Assembly: GCA_951406725.2 (NCBI GenBank)
Contig: OX597816.1
Coordinates: 82,150,001 to 82,214,000, forward strand
Direction of reading: 5' to 3'
Length of the DNA stretch: 64,000 bases
Source of the DNA: Octopus vulgaris
Lineage: Eukaryota
The notes under the pieces are model-generated. The model saw nothing but the letters and a program-made list of their open reading frames with translations, was not told the origin of the DNA and did not search any database. Shown one piece after another: positions 1-11,799 of this stretch. The translations under genes were made by a program, and so were the position numbers. The first letter of the stretch is position 1. Every line of letters begins with the position of its first letter.

Positions 1-597
1 ATATGGGTAGAGTAACAGCAGATTTCTCAATAGTTCAGCATAAGTGATCTCTTTTTCACTGATCTTCAGCTTTATGTTAACATCCGCTGTGCAGTTTATT
101 TCCACAACTGTACACTGTTTCTCTTCTTCATTTCAAATTATTATATCAGGTCTATTGTGTCTACATTTTATTGGGGTTTTCGCTGGGACATTCCACCGGT
201 ACTCCTTTTTATTATGAGTGGCTATGGTTTCCACCATATTGTCGGTTCCTATTTCTTAGTCCTCGCAGTTACCCTTTCAACGGATCTCGTTATACAGTGT
301 CCTGACTACAACATCATGTATCATCGATAGATAATACCGTGATGACATTTTCGGACAACTGCTTATGATGTGTGAGATATCTTCGGTGTTAAGTCCACAA
401 AGTCTTCATCGGTTGTCACATTTAACTGCTTTTCCTGCATCACTATCCCTTTTGTGCATCCCTTATGTATGTCTGTCTGTCTGTATGTATGTATGTATGT
501 ATGTATGTATGTATGTATGTATGTATGCATGCATGCTTGCATGTATGTATGTGCTTCTGTGGGTATGAGTGTGAGTGTGCACGCGCATGAGTGTACG

Positions 598-780
598 AGG
601 GTGAGTCTGACTATTGATAACGTAGCAAATAATATACAAATTAGTTCTGATTCCATCAATGACATCATTCACAATAAACTCGGCTTTAGTAAAGTTTGTG
701 CAAGATGGTTTCCAAAACAACATACAGAACTGCACAAACAAAATCGTTTCATAATCTCAATCGCTTTTGGATGCTGTGTG
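598..780 (+). mobile_element. Decayed mariner transposase fragment (duplicate copy at ~8678-8860)
   Basis: Translates as RVSLTIDNVANNIQISSDSINDIIHNKLGFSKVCARWFPKQHT, matching the mariner HTH2-linker '...LGFxKVCARWVPKQLT'. Confidence 0.85.
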
Positions 781-1624
781 TAACGAAGGGACACGTTAGA
801 AGAAGCAGCTATTGGTGACGACTTTTATAAGTACCCTGGGCAAAATAAATGATGACAAGTTCGCGCGCTCGCATGTGCGTGTGTGTGTGCGTGTAAAGAG
901 AGAGAAGAAGGGTTAGGGTCTGAAGGAAGAGTCAAAGGGCTGCCTCTCTTATGATCGGTGTAATTAACGTTCCTTTTGAACATTTGTAAGTCAACATCAA
1001 AGACTATTATAGCAACAATAAGAATGGCAGAGAGAAGAGACAATGCTATGTCTTTAAGTGAATCTATACCAATCAGTGGCCCTTTTCCCGATGTTGTTTG
1101 GGATGTCTATATGTGCTGCTGCTGCATCGCCCCTGATGTGAGAGAAACATTCCGAAGTGGATCTCATTTAAGCTTTTAGAAGGCCAATAATTGTTGGGGA
1201 TGAAGCATTTTCTCACATTTATGATGTAGCTCTTACTATGTTAGAGACATGATTTCACCAGGAGAGGTCTTCAGTTATAAGCAAACTCAACGGTTAGGGC
1301 GATTTTGGGGGGTTATATTGAGACGGTAGTCATGACTAGAGAAAATATGAAGCAATTGTATTTTCTTGTTGAAAGCAACAACACTGGTTAATTCCATTGA
1401 AGGGTGCTTTCGATATATATATATATATTACCGAAGAGCACGTGGTATTACTTAACCGTGTTGTTATAAAATCCGATTATTTAATATCCAGTACGAAACC
1501 GACTGGTAAGATCGGTTGAAATGGCTATATAATACTGTATACTTTGATTCATATACGCATAAATGGGGAGGGTGTATGTATATGTGTGTGTATGTATATA
1601 TGTGTGTGTATGTGTGTAGGTATT

Positions 1625-2053
1625 GTTAAAAGAAGAAAAGGAAATGGAGATAAGGAAGTTAATTATTTATTTTTAACAAATTCGTCATCTTCGCTTCGTA
1701 CAGACGTTTCAATTAATACTCAATAATTTAATTACAAATTTGTACATTAGATTTACATTTATGTGACATGAGCATAATTTCATCAGAGGAAAAAAAAATG
1801 ATGTACCTTGAGATGTTATATGCGGACTTGTCAGCTGAAATGAATTGACACAGTCTGCATATAACATCTGAAGGTACATCTTTTTTTTTTCCTCTGATGA
1901 AATTATGCTCATTTCACATAAATGCAAATTTAATGTACAAATTTGTAAGTAAATTATTGAGAATTAAATGAAACGACTGTAAGAAGCGAAGATGACCAAT
2001 TTATTAATAATAATTGTTAACTTCTTATCTCCATTTTCTTTTCTTCTTTTAAC
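1625..2053. mobile_element. ~430-bp palindromic MITE-like element (duplicate copy 9705-10133)
   Basis: Long imperfect inverted repeat: gttaaaagaagaaaagg...catcttcgctt...tacaaatttgtacatt...atcagaggaaaa mirrored by ttttcctctgat...aatgtacaaatttgta...aagcgaagatg...cttcttttaac, with a short loop near 1840. Confidence 0.75.
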
Positions 2054-2193
2054 TATATGCTTCATATATACCTATTGTTTTAAGGGAATTTCATTCCCCA
2101 ACAATGCTAGGTGTTGAACCTGTATTTCCTTCGATGCAACCATCCTTTCACGAGGTTAACATATCCTCTAATTAAATATATATGAATACACAC

Positions 2194-2293
2194 NNNNNNN
2201 NNNNNNNNNNNNNNNNNNNNNNNNNNNNNNNNNNNNNNNNNNNNNNNNNNNNNNNNNNNNNNNNNNNNNNNNNNNNNNNNNNNNNNNNNNNNN
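2194..2293. other. Assembly gap (100 N)
   Basis: Run of 100 n characters, a typical placeholder length for a gap of unknown size. Confidence 0.99.
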
Positions 2294-2401
2294 CACATAC
2301 ACACTTACACATATATATACATTCAAATATGATTTAGAAGCAGCGCTTGGCTTGTAAATATTATCGAACGCACATACTCAATGCTTGTTCGCGCAAATGT
2401 G

Positions 2402-2464
<63 letters not shown>

Positions 2465-4191
2465 ACGCGCACGCGATTTGGCAGTGTTTTTAGACGTGTA
2501 GTATTTATTCAGGCGCCTTACCATCTAAGTTCAAATCCCGCTATTGTCCCCTTTGCCTTCCATACTTCCGTGGACGATGAATAAAACACCACTCAAGGAC
2601 GGCTGACTGGTAGAAATGGTAGAACATTCAGTAGATCACATAGGTAGCCTTCCTTCTCTGTCAAAGTGTCTCTAATTTCACTGTACCTCTTGTGCATCCA
2701 CACTTTACGTTGATTACACGTTTTGGAATTCTTACTTACTCTTTTTCTGCATATCAAGCATGCCAAATTTGCAAATGGCAGTAGAGTTCCGTCTTTTACC
2801 AATGACTTTGCTCTTTGCAAGGCTTACAGCGAGGCGTCTCGATTATAAGCTTTGCTTCTAGCTTGAATCTTCGACAGATTCAGCTCTGAGAACTAAGTCG
2901 TCTACATCAGCGGTTCCCACTGACAAGTGTGGGAAATTCTGTATGTCGACGACCTTGAGGACTATAATGAACAGAACAAGCTGAGAGATTTTTCAATTTC
3001 CGTACCTTCTTTCTCCAGACTATTTGTGTCTTTTGTTCTAACGCTTTCTCTCAAGTCAGTAATCACTAATTTATGTTAAGTGTTACATTCTTCACTACGA
3101 AAAGACTTAGTATATTCCACCATCTATCATCTTGTTTCCCAGGTGAAAATAAAGTCTATCCAGCTTGTGTGTTTACTTAATTGGTCGATGACCAAGTGGC
3201 TGGCCATTTTCCCGAAGTTAGTGTTGCAGTTGGTTAGGTCTTTTGCCTCATAGAAATCCAGGATGCTTCATCCTTCCTCATACCTCTTACCATACACATA
3301 GCCTCCATGTACCTCCAAAGTAGAGATCATGGTATTATTGAGAATGACCCTTAAAATCACCTATTGTGATAACAAGGTCACTGTTATTTCTTTTTGAGTT
3401 GGTCGACAATAGAGCCTCATAGTGACGGTTCTTTTGTTCACTTGTCAGTCCCGATTGTGGAGCTCAAAACTGTTGCTGTCGTATTACTTATGACTAGCCC
3501 AAATTTAGTAATTCCGTCACATGCTCTCACTATCTCATTACTTTATTCATTCCACTGTCAAATACTGTATTTCAATTACTTCATCCACTACTCTACCTGC
3601 TCCACACACTCCTTACGTAGTTACCTACCGAAAGATATTTTATACCTGAGTTCTTTGTTCCTAATGAATCTGGTTGAGGCACCATCTTACCGTTTGTATA
3701 CAGCACACATCCGTTCATCTGACCTGCCCTTTATTATATCATCAATGATGATGGCGGCCCTAAATTTTCGTACTTGACAAGAAGAAGTAGGTACTCACTG
3801 AACTGACTTCTAGTGGCTGAGTATTCCACAAACCTGTGTGAATTCAATATAGTCAAAGATAGGCCATTGAATTATAGATACAGTAGTTTGTCCGACAACT
3901 CAAATTCACTCTCAATTGTTGGGTGAACTTGAATCCGTGATAAAAGCACTTGTCCATGATGTTGAGTTGTTGAATCGAAAGTTCACGATTGCAAAGCGAA
4001 TTTTTTAATCATTACATGTTTATTAATTTATTAAAATGCTTACATGCTTATTATTTTTATTAAAATAAGTTGGCAATATTTATTTCCACTACCAGCATTG
4101 CAAGATTAGTTAACTAGTTAGTGATTAAAACTAACTTTGGAAGAAAAATGTTAAACTTTTATTCATCTTCGCATTCTCTTTCTATTTTCAG

Positions 4192-4418
4192 AGTCGATAA
4201 ATGCGACACCAATTTATACTCCAAATAAAGAAGCACTGGAAAAACTACGCCAGAATCGACTAACGGACATAAAGATGAAACAGCTAATTAAAGACATGTG
4301 TTTTTACCTAACCTATTTGGTTCTCCTAATTATTTTGGCAAGTAACAACCGAGATCCGCGTTCGTACATTATCAAAGACACATTGCTCAATGTTCTTCAA
4401 GCGAAACACTTACCGAAG
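4192..4418 (+). CDS. Polycystin-1-like (PKD1L/LOV-1-like) protein, first exon visible in the window (upstream exons not seen)
   Basis: ttttcag acceptor and AAG|gtgtga donor. Encodes SINATPIYTPNKEALEKLRQNRLTDIKMKQLIKDMCFYLTYLVLLIILASNNRDPRSYIIKDTLLNVLQAKHLPK, the typical PKD1L segment leading into the first TM of the polycystin channel domain. Confidence 0.88.
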
Positions 4419-5045
4419 GTGTGAAACTACTGTAGTTTATTTTACATATTGATTTATTTATTGACTAAGCATTCTATGGATGAAGTAGATGTATTATTGA
4501 TTGAATACTAATGACGCATATTTTTTTACGCTAGAATGCTGAAAATTTTTAATAACTCTGGTATGATTTGAACATAGAAAGAGATGCATTTCTTATCACT
4601 CTACCTAGTTCCGCTTACCCCGTCTGAAATTATTTTTCAAAGTAAATTTTTTCACAAGACACTTTTTTTATAGTGGGGCATAGTTCAGAATTGTTCGACA
4701 TGTGAAATGACGTTGCTTAATTTTTTTCTATCTTTTTTCTTTGTGAACAATAGGGTTAGTAGAATACAGTTTTTAGCTCCAGCTTCATGCTGTTATAAAC
4801 CGATGAAAAATATTTTTACCTTTTAGAAAAAGTTGACAGTCCAGCTTTTTGCGAATAACTTTCCCAAATGAGCTAGAACTTAATCTTTTAATAATATCTT
4901 TCAAGTAAAATAAAATATTCTTTCTAAAGACACAATGAAACACCTACATTGAATCTGTAAGAAGCTAATAGCCTAACACTTAGCTACTTCACCTCTTAAC
5001 AGTCACTAATGTGGCTAGTAATTGTAGTAAGTAATAACAGTTTAA

Positions 5046-5305
5046 CTCTTTTACTGCAGAAAGCAGATATAACCTTTAAAACTTCATTACCGGTAACTGC
5101 AGAAAACAGTTTTATATACCAAACTACTTTTTATTGAGGTTTGTCACATTTACAACTATTTTTTTTTTTTTTTTTGAAATCTGTCAAGTTTATCGAGCAA
5201 CGTGACTTCCAGCAAATACCAAATCTTTTTTCTTTTTTTTTTTTTTTGTAGACATTTAACATCATTTCTGGAATAACCATGAAATTTAATTTCGCAGTTA
5301 AAGGG
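5046..5305. mobile_element. piggyBac-type MITE
   Basis: TTAA at 5042-5045 and 5306-5309; imperfect 12-bp TIRs ctcttttactgc / gcagttaaaggg. Confidence 0.6.
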
Positions 5306-5599
5306 TTAATACAATGTGATGCTTTCATTGACAAATGACATTTAAAACCTTGGTTCTCATTTATACAGTTTATTCGTCTAACAACTGCTGTAAATACTCA
5401 TTTCTAATATAGGCACTAAAACATTAGTTTAAGAAGAGAATATAGTTGAATAAATTGGCTCGGTGGGATATGAACGCAGAACATAAAGAACTGAAACTAT
5501 TTATGGAAAAGTATTTTGTCAGAAATTCTGACGACTCTGCCAACTCACTTCCCTTATTGAACATGAAAAAGTGATAGTGCATAAACCGATGAGATATCT

Positions 5600-5803
5600 C
5601 AGAGGATTGCTGGAGAGTATAAAATGACCAACTTTGGCGTACATTGTAGAGTCTTTTCCGCCATCAGATCATTTCTAACGAGATGTTTGAAAGTTATCGT
5701 CAACAGACTGTCTTTTGACATTTTTGAAACCAATATAGAAGCACCCCAGGCATATGTCGCTGAACCTATGATCTTCCTGCAGTTTATCAGTGATTTACTT
5801 GAT
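5600..5803 (+). mobile_element. Decayed CR1/L2/Jockey-like LINE reverse transcriptase fragment
   Basis: FLTRCLKVIVNRLSFDIFETNIEAPQAYVAEPMIFLQFISDLLD resembles 'FLxxRxQxVxVNG..S......GVPQGSVLGPxLFxxFINDL'. It is cut off by the Tigger element at 5807. Confidence 0.6.
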
Positions 5804-5806
5804 ATA

Positions 5807-6551
5807 CAGTCAACACTCGCTACTATGCCACCCTGCGGGACTGGGCCAAAGTGGCATAGTACCGAGAGTGGCATAGTACCGAGGGTCTGTTATCTAAACA
5901 CTACATAACCAAAAATTTACTGAACATACGAATAAAAATTCATAGGGTAGGAAGTAAGGCCAATAAGAAGTTCAATGCAATGGTAAAAAGAAGACATCCA
6001 AGTTTATTAAGTTCAGATTGCTTTTAATTAATCCCGAAGCTCTCAAAAATTGTCGGCTGACGCATCTTCTTTCGGCGGATTTCATTCATTTCGTTGTCTA
6101 GCCTATCACACGCCTGCATGACACTGGGTTTTCCGCTGGTCTGCTGCTGCATAAACTTTCGGATAGTGCTCCATGCTCTCTGGGCATCTGCAAACGAAAC
6201 TAATTCCTCTTCCACAATTACCTCGTCGTCTTCACTTTCCACCGGCTCTTTGTTATGCATTACCTCCTTTGCTATTTCTTCTAGAGTGAAACATGTCGGA
6301 CAATACAAGGGGAGGTAACTTGTATCAGATATTACTAATGATACGAGGGGCCCGACAATAACGTTTTTCGCAGCATCGATAATCTCCTTCTTTTCCTTCA
6401 GCGTAAACTCGGTCCGCTTGCGTTTCTGAGCTGACATTGTGTGCTACTTTCTGAACTTTTCCACAAGATTACAAATACGAAATGTACAAAATGTAGGAGT
6501 ACAAAATTTCGAAAAGTTGCGTACGCTTCAGTTTACAAGTGGCATAGTAGC
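5807..6551 (-). mobile_element. Internally deleted Tigger/pogo DNA transposon
   Basis: TA + CAGTCAACACTCGCTACTATGCCAC terminus at 5805-5831, and a partial inverted copy gtggcatagtagc at ~6539-6551. ORF 6437-6024 fuses a CENP-B/psq-like N-terminus (KRKRTEFTLKEKKEII) to a Tigger-like C-terminus (ESEDDE...VSFADAQRAWSTIRKFM...KKMRQPTIFESF). Confidence 0.8.
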
Positions 6552-6696
6552 AATATATATATACTCTTTCTTCTTTGAGCCCTCAAATCCTAATTGAGCT
6601 ATAGAAGCGCGCTGTCGCACACCTCTCACCAAGTATGGTCACAATAGTTTTTCTTCCTGAACTAGAGACATAGGAAGAGAGGTGAGAGATAAAGTG

Positions 6697-6917
6697 AAGA
6701 AGAAGAAGAAGAAGAAGAAGAAGAAGAAGAAGAAGAAGAAGAAGAAGAAAAAGAAGAAGAAGAATCTACTTTAGTGATAGATGAGTAGTTTATTTATCGT
6801 CCCAGGAAGGGTGTAAAACAGCGTTGGTCTTGAAAAAATTTGAACTCCGAGACCAGAGACTAGAACGAATATTGCAAGGTTTTCTGTCCGACGATCTAAC
6901 AACCCTATCAGTTCGCC

Positions 6918-6975
<58 letters not shown>

Positions 6976-6986
6976 GCAGACAGACA

Positions 6987-7029
<43 letters not shown>

Positions 7030-7070
7030 CAGACAGGGGGAGAGAGAGAGAGAGAAACAGACAGAGAAAA
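6697..7070. repeat. (GAA)n, (GT)n and (GA)n microsatellites with an intervening SINE fragment
   Basis: Directly visible simple repeats at ~6697-6762 and ~6919-7066. Confidence 0.9.
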
Positions 7071-7214
7071 AAAATGAAGGTACAAAAAGGAATCATTAAT
7101 TATCTTTTTCCATTTTTGCTATTGGCGGGAAAATTCGCTGCACGCGCATCGCGTGACATTACTTCCATCACTTCATTACTGTGCAGGTCTGCACTTCAAA
7201 CGTCATTCATGTCG

Positions 7215-7485
7215 TCACTGTTATTACGTTAAATGCGGCCTGTCTGCTTTCGAGTTTCTTCAAAGAAGAGCATTATCCAGTGATCCGTTTTAAGAAAGTT
7301 AAATGTCTATCAAAGGTCAAAATCCATCGAAGGCTTTCAGCAGAATATGGGGACCCTGTTTTGTTGCTACAGGCTCTCTACAAAAGAACCGAAAATTTCG
7401 AAAATAGTTGCACAAGTGTCGAACATCAAAACGCTGGACACACGAACACATCCTGCACTGATGGCGACATTGGACAAGTCCAATG
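7215..7485 (+). mobile_element. Decayed mariner transposase N-terminus; probably the same element as the ~8678-8860 fragment
   Basis: KEEHYPVIRF...KIHRRLSAEYGDPVL...YKRTENFENSCTSVEH...GHTNTSCTDGDIGQVQ resembles mariner HTH1 (EEQRSVIRFL..IHRRLSAQYG..VYEWIEKFKNGRTSV..GRPSTS). Confidence 0.8.
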
Positions 7486-7989
7486 TTGTCATCACATTAG
7501 ACGAGTCCAATGTGATATGGATCTGTTTGAATTCAGAGCCAAGGAGCTGGAACTGATATCGCAAAGTATTCTCACTCTGTACCAACTCTGCCACTTCACC
7601 TTATATAAACGTTTATGTATGTATGTATGTATGTATGTATGTATGTATGTATGTATGTATGTATGTATGTATGTATGTATGTATGTCATTATTCAGTTTT
7701 ATTTCAAGATTTCTTGCCAATAGAGAAAGGCCCAAGGCTCCTTCACTGGAATTTCAACATCAACAGGGTAATTTTGTATGTAACGGGAAGCTTTATGAAA
7801 ATAAACAAAAGACGAAGGCAGGTGGAATACAAACAAGCAATTGTATTAATATGGCGCTCAGGAGTATAAATATGCATGTATGTATGTATGTATGTATGTA
7901 TGTATGTATGTATGTATGTATGTATGTATGTATACGTGCAGGTTTGTATGTTTTGTTTTGTGTATGTCTTCTCATGCATATATTTGCAT

Positions 7990-8460
7990 ATCTAGACATG
8001 GCTCATATATACTTAAATTATACACTTCTGGAAAGTAGGCAGTGTGTTACATATCCCAGTGTCCCAATAGTTACAGGTATAAACCTGAACTTGTAATATG
8101 GGTAGAGTAACAGCAGATTTCTCAATAGTTCAGCATAAGTGATCTCTTTTTCACTGATCTTCAGCTTTATGTTAACATCCGCTGTGCAGTTTATTTCCAC
8201 AACTGTACACTGTTTCTCTTCTTCATTTCAAATTATTATATCAGGTCTATTGTGTCTACATTTTATTGGGGTTTTCGCTGGGACATTCCACCGGTACTCC
8301 TTTTTATTATGAGTGGCTATGGTTTCCACCATATTGTCGGTTCCTTATTTCTTAGTCCTCGCAGTTACCCTTTCAACGGATCTCGTTATACAGTGTCCTG
8401 ACTACAACATCATGTATCATCGATAGATAATACCGTGATGACATTTTCGGACAACTGCTT
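7990..8460 (-). mobile_element. R4/Dong-like (restriction-like endonuclease) non-LTR retrotransposon 3' fragment (duplicate in 1-360)
   Basis: Minus strand gives CPKMSSRYYL..HDVV (zinc-knuckle region) and EINCTADVNIKLKISEKEITYAELLRNL...FIPVTIGTLG (REL-type C-terminus). Confidence 0.7.
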
Positions 8461-10267
8461 ATGATGTGTGAGATATCTTCGGTGTTAAGTCCACAAAGTC
8501 TTCATCGGTTGTCACATTTAACTGCTTTTCCTGCATCACTATCCCTTTTGTGCATCCCTTATGTATGTCTGTCTGTCTGTATGTATGTATGTATGTATGT
8601 ATGTATGCATGCATGCTTGCATGTATGTATGTGCTTCTGTGGGTATGAGTGTGAGTGTGCACGCGCATGAGTGTACGAGGGTGAGTCTGACTATTGATAA
8701 CGTAGCAAATAATATACAAATTAGTTCTGATTCCATCAATGACATCATTCACAATAAACTCGGCTTTAGTAAAGTTTGTGCAAGATGGTTTCCAAAACAA
8801 CATACAGAACTGCACAAACAAAATCGTTTCATAATCTCAATCGCTTTTGGATGCTGTGTGTAACGAAGGGACACGTTAGAAGAAGCAGCTATTGGTGACG
8901 ACTTTTATAAGTACCCTGGGCAAAATAAATGATGACAAGTTCGCGCGCTCGCATGTGCGTGTGTGTGTGCGTGTAAAGAGAGAGAAGAAGGGTTAGGGTC
9001 TGAAGGAAGAGTCAAAGGGCTGCCTCTCTTATGATCGGTGTAATTAACGTTCCTTTTGAACATTTGTAAGTCAACATCAAAGACTATTATAGCAACAATA
9101 AGAATGGCAGAGAGAAGAGACAATGCTATGTCTTTAAGTGAATCTATACCAATCAGTGGCCCTTTTCCCGATGTTGTTTGGGATGTCTATATGTGCTGCT
9201 GCTGCATCGCCCCTGATGTGAGAGAAACATTCCGAAGTGGATCTCATTTAAGCTTTTAGAAGGCCAATAATTGTTGGGGATGAAGCATTTTCTCACATTT
9301 ATGATGTAGCTCTTACTATGTTAGAGACATGATTTCACCAGGAGAGGTCTTCAGTTATAAGCAAACTCAACGGTTAGGGCGATTTTGGGGGGTTATATTG
9401 AGACGGTAGTCATGACTAGAGAAAATATGAAGCAATTGTATTTTCTTGTTGAAAGCAACAACACTGGTTAATTCCATTGAAGGGTGCTTTCGATATATAT
9501 ATATATATTACCGAAGAGCACGTGGTATTACTTAACCGTGTTGTTATAAAATCCGATTATTTAATATCCAGTACGAAACCGACTGGTAAGATCGGTTGAA
9601 ATGGCTATATAATACTGTATACTTTGATTCATATACGCATAAATGGGGAGGGTGTATGTATATGTGTGTGTATGTATATATGTGTGTGTATGTGTGTAGG
9701 TATTGTTAAAAGAAGAAAAGGAAATGGAGATAAGGAAGTTAATTATTTATTTTTAACAAATTCGTCATCTTCGCTTCGTACAGACGTTTCAATTAATACT
9801 CAATAATTTAATTACAAATTTGTACATTAGATTTACATTTATGTGACATGAGCATAATTTCATCAGAGGAAAAAAAAATGATGTACCTTGAGATGTTATA
9901 TGCGGACTTGTCAGCTGAAATGAATTGACACAGTCTGCATATAACATCTGAAGGTACATCTTTTTTTTTTCCTCTGATGAAATTATGCTCATTTCACATA
10001 AATGCAAATTTAATGTACAAATTTGTAAGTAAATTATTGAGAATTAAATGAAACGACTGTAAGAAGCGAAGATGACCAATTTATTAATAATAATTGTTAA
10101 CTTCTTATCTCCATTTTCTTTTCTTCTTTTAACTATATGCTTCATATATACCTATTGTTTTAAGGGAATTTCATTCCGCAAAAATACTAGGTATTGAACC
10201 TGTATTTCCTCGGATGCAACCATCCTTTCACGAGGTTAACATATCCTCTAATTAAATATATATGAAT

Positions 10268-10273
<6 letters not shown>
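8096..10273. repeat. Copy 2 of the ~2.2-kb duplication, inside a PKD1L intron
   Basis: Near-identical to 1-2193; continues into the (TA)n tract and the next PKD1L exon. Confidence 0.97.
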
Positions 10274-10350
<77 letters not shown>

Positions 10351-10362
10351 CATTAATTTCAG

Positions 10363-10537
10363 GTCATTCGATATGCTCAGTTCTGGAAATGGGCCAAAGG
10401 AGTCGTTGTACCACAGACCTATACATCAACTTTGGCGAACGGTAAGAATGCTACTCCGCAAGACTTCCAAATGCTATCCTGTGGAGCAGGATACCGTGTG
10501 GGACCGGTGCGTTTGAGACAGCTGCGTGTTCGTGCAG
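10363..10537 (+). CDS. Polycystin-1-like protein, internal exon (start of TOP/polycystin domain)
   Basis: tttcag acceptor and CAG|gtaaga donor. Encodes VIRYAQFWKWAKGVVVPQTY...GYRVGPVRLRQLRVRA, containing the polycystin motif GxxRLRQLRV; in phase with flanking exons. Confidence 0.92.
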
Positions 10538-11112
10538 GTAAGATTCTAAATTTTGACCAAAATGTTTTAAATCTTGAAAGAGCTAGTAGTGATGGAATCG
10601 ATATGGTATCGGACATCCGGGGCGTAGTATGACCATATCACCGCTACTGTGTTGTACTCATGGTCAATGGGACATTTAACCACAATATTTTCGATCTTCC
10701 TAGCTGTATGTAGGTAGCATTGTCAAGTACAATTGTTGCTATAAACAATAGAAAATTCAACTCGCCTTGTAAGAATTTAGAATACAGCGAGAGACAAACC
10801 TGATTACTTCGGAATATTTAGTCGGACATTGTATACATTCTACCAATTCAGTCATAGTTTATTTTACATTTTGGTTTCTATTTTAACAGGTCAACAGGTC
10901 AACTTAATCGGTTTCTATTTTAACAGGTCAACTTAATCGGGTTTTATTTAAAATGTCAGTTTTTAGTGATTATACATTGAATTTAATCGGCTACAATACA
11001 AACTTTTGATATGATTGAAATTGGTGTAATATGATTAAATACTGTAACATATTCTTCTGTATTTAGACACCAGCCGTTCATTTAATATTAACTGTTTTTT
11101 CTATTTATTTAG

Positions 11113-11799
11113 GAAAATGTCATACTCTCTCAAAATTCTATACTACCAGAGAAAATTGCAATCGTGATTATTCATTTCACACCGAAGATACGACAAATTA
11201 TACTACAAGCTGGAAGGAATTACAACACGGAGACAAACCAATAAAATTGCCATTAAATTCCGGTTGGCGATATCGACACTATACTGAAATTGGCGGAATT
11301 CCCATTGTAGGAGAAAAGGCTGTCTATAGTAGTAATGGTTATTGTAAAGATCTGACTGGAAGTCCAAGTAGAGCCATGGCAGCACTTGATGAACTGATAA
11401 AGTTACGTTGGCTTGATAATAATACAAGAGCAATATTTGTCGAATTCACTCTGTACAATCCCAATATCAACATGTTTACTACAGTCACGGTGATGTTTGA
11501 AACTCCGACCTTGGGTGGAATGGCGTCTAACGTGATTATAAACACTTTTCGATTATATCCGTATACTGGCAATTACGGGATTTTCATTTTGGTTGTGGAA
11601 ATTATTTGTGTCATTTTCATTATCATTTTCATCGAGCAGAAAATCCAGACGGTTCGACACTTGCAAAGGAAGTGTTTCGGTGATTTCTGGAACGTCCTTC
11701 AGATACTCAACTTGTGTTTCTCTATCATAGCAACAACCACGTATGTGATGCGCCATCTATTCACCATTTCGGCTATAAAGACCGTAAAGAAATTAAGAG
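11113..11799 (+). CDS. Polycystin-1-like protein, internal exon (TOP domain plus TM helices)
   Basis: tttag acceptor and GAG|gtatgt donor; 687 nt, phase 1 to 1. Contains YSSNGY...WLDNNTRAIFVEFTLYNPNINMF and DFWNVLQ, hallmark PKD-channel motifs. Confidence 0.95.

Larger units (their letters stand above)
1..2193. repeat. Copy 1 of a ~2.2-kb near-identical direct duplication (copy 2 at 8096-10273); ends at the assembly gap
   Basis: Position 1 (atatgggtagagtaacagc) aligns with 8096 and identity runs to 2193/10273. Differences are limited to (TATG)n length, one 1-bp indel and a few substitutions in the last ~100 bp. Confidence 0.97.
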
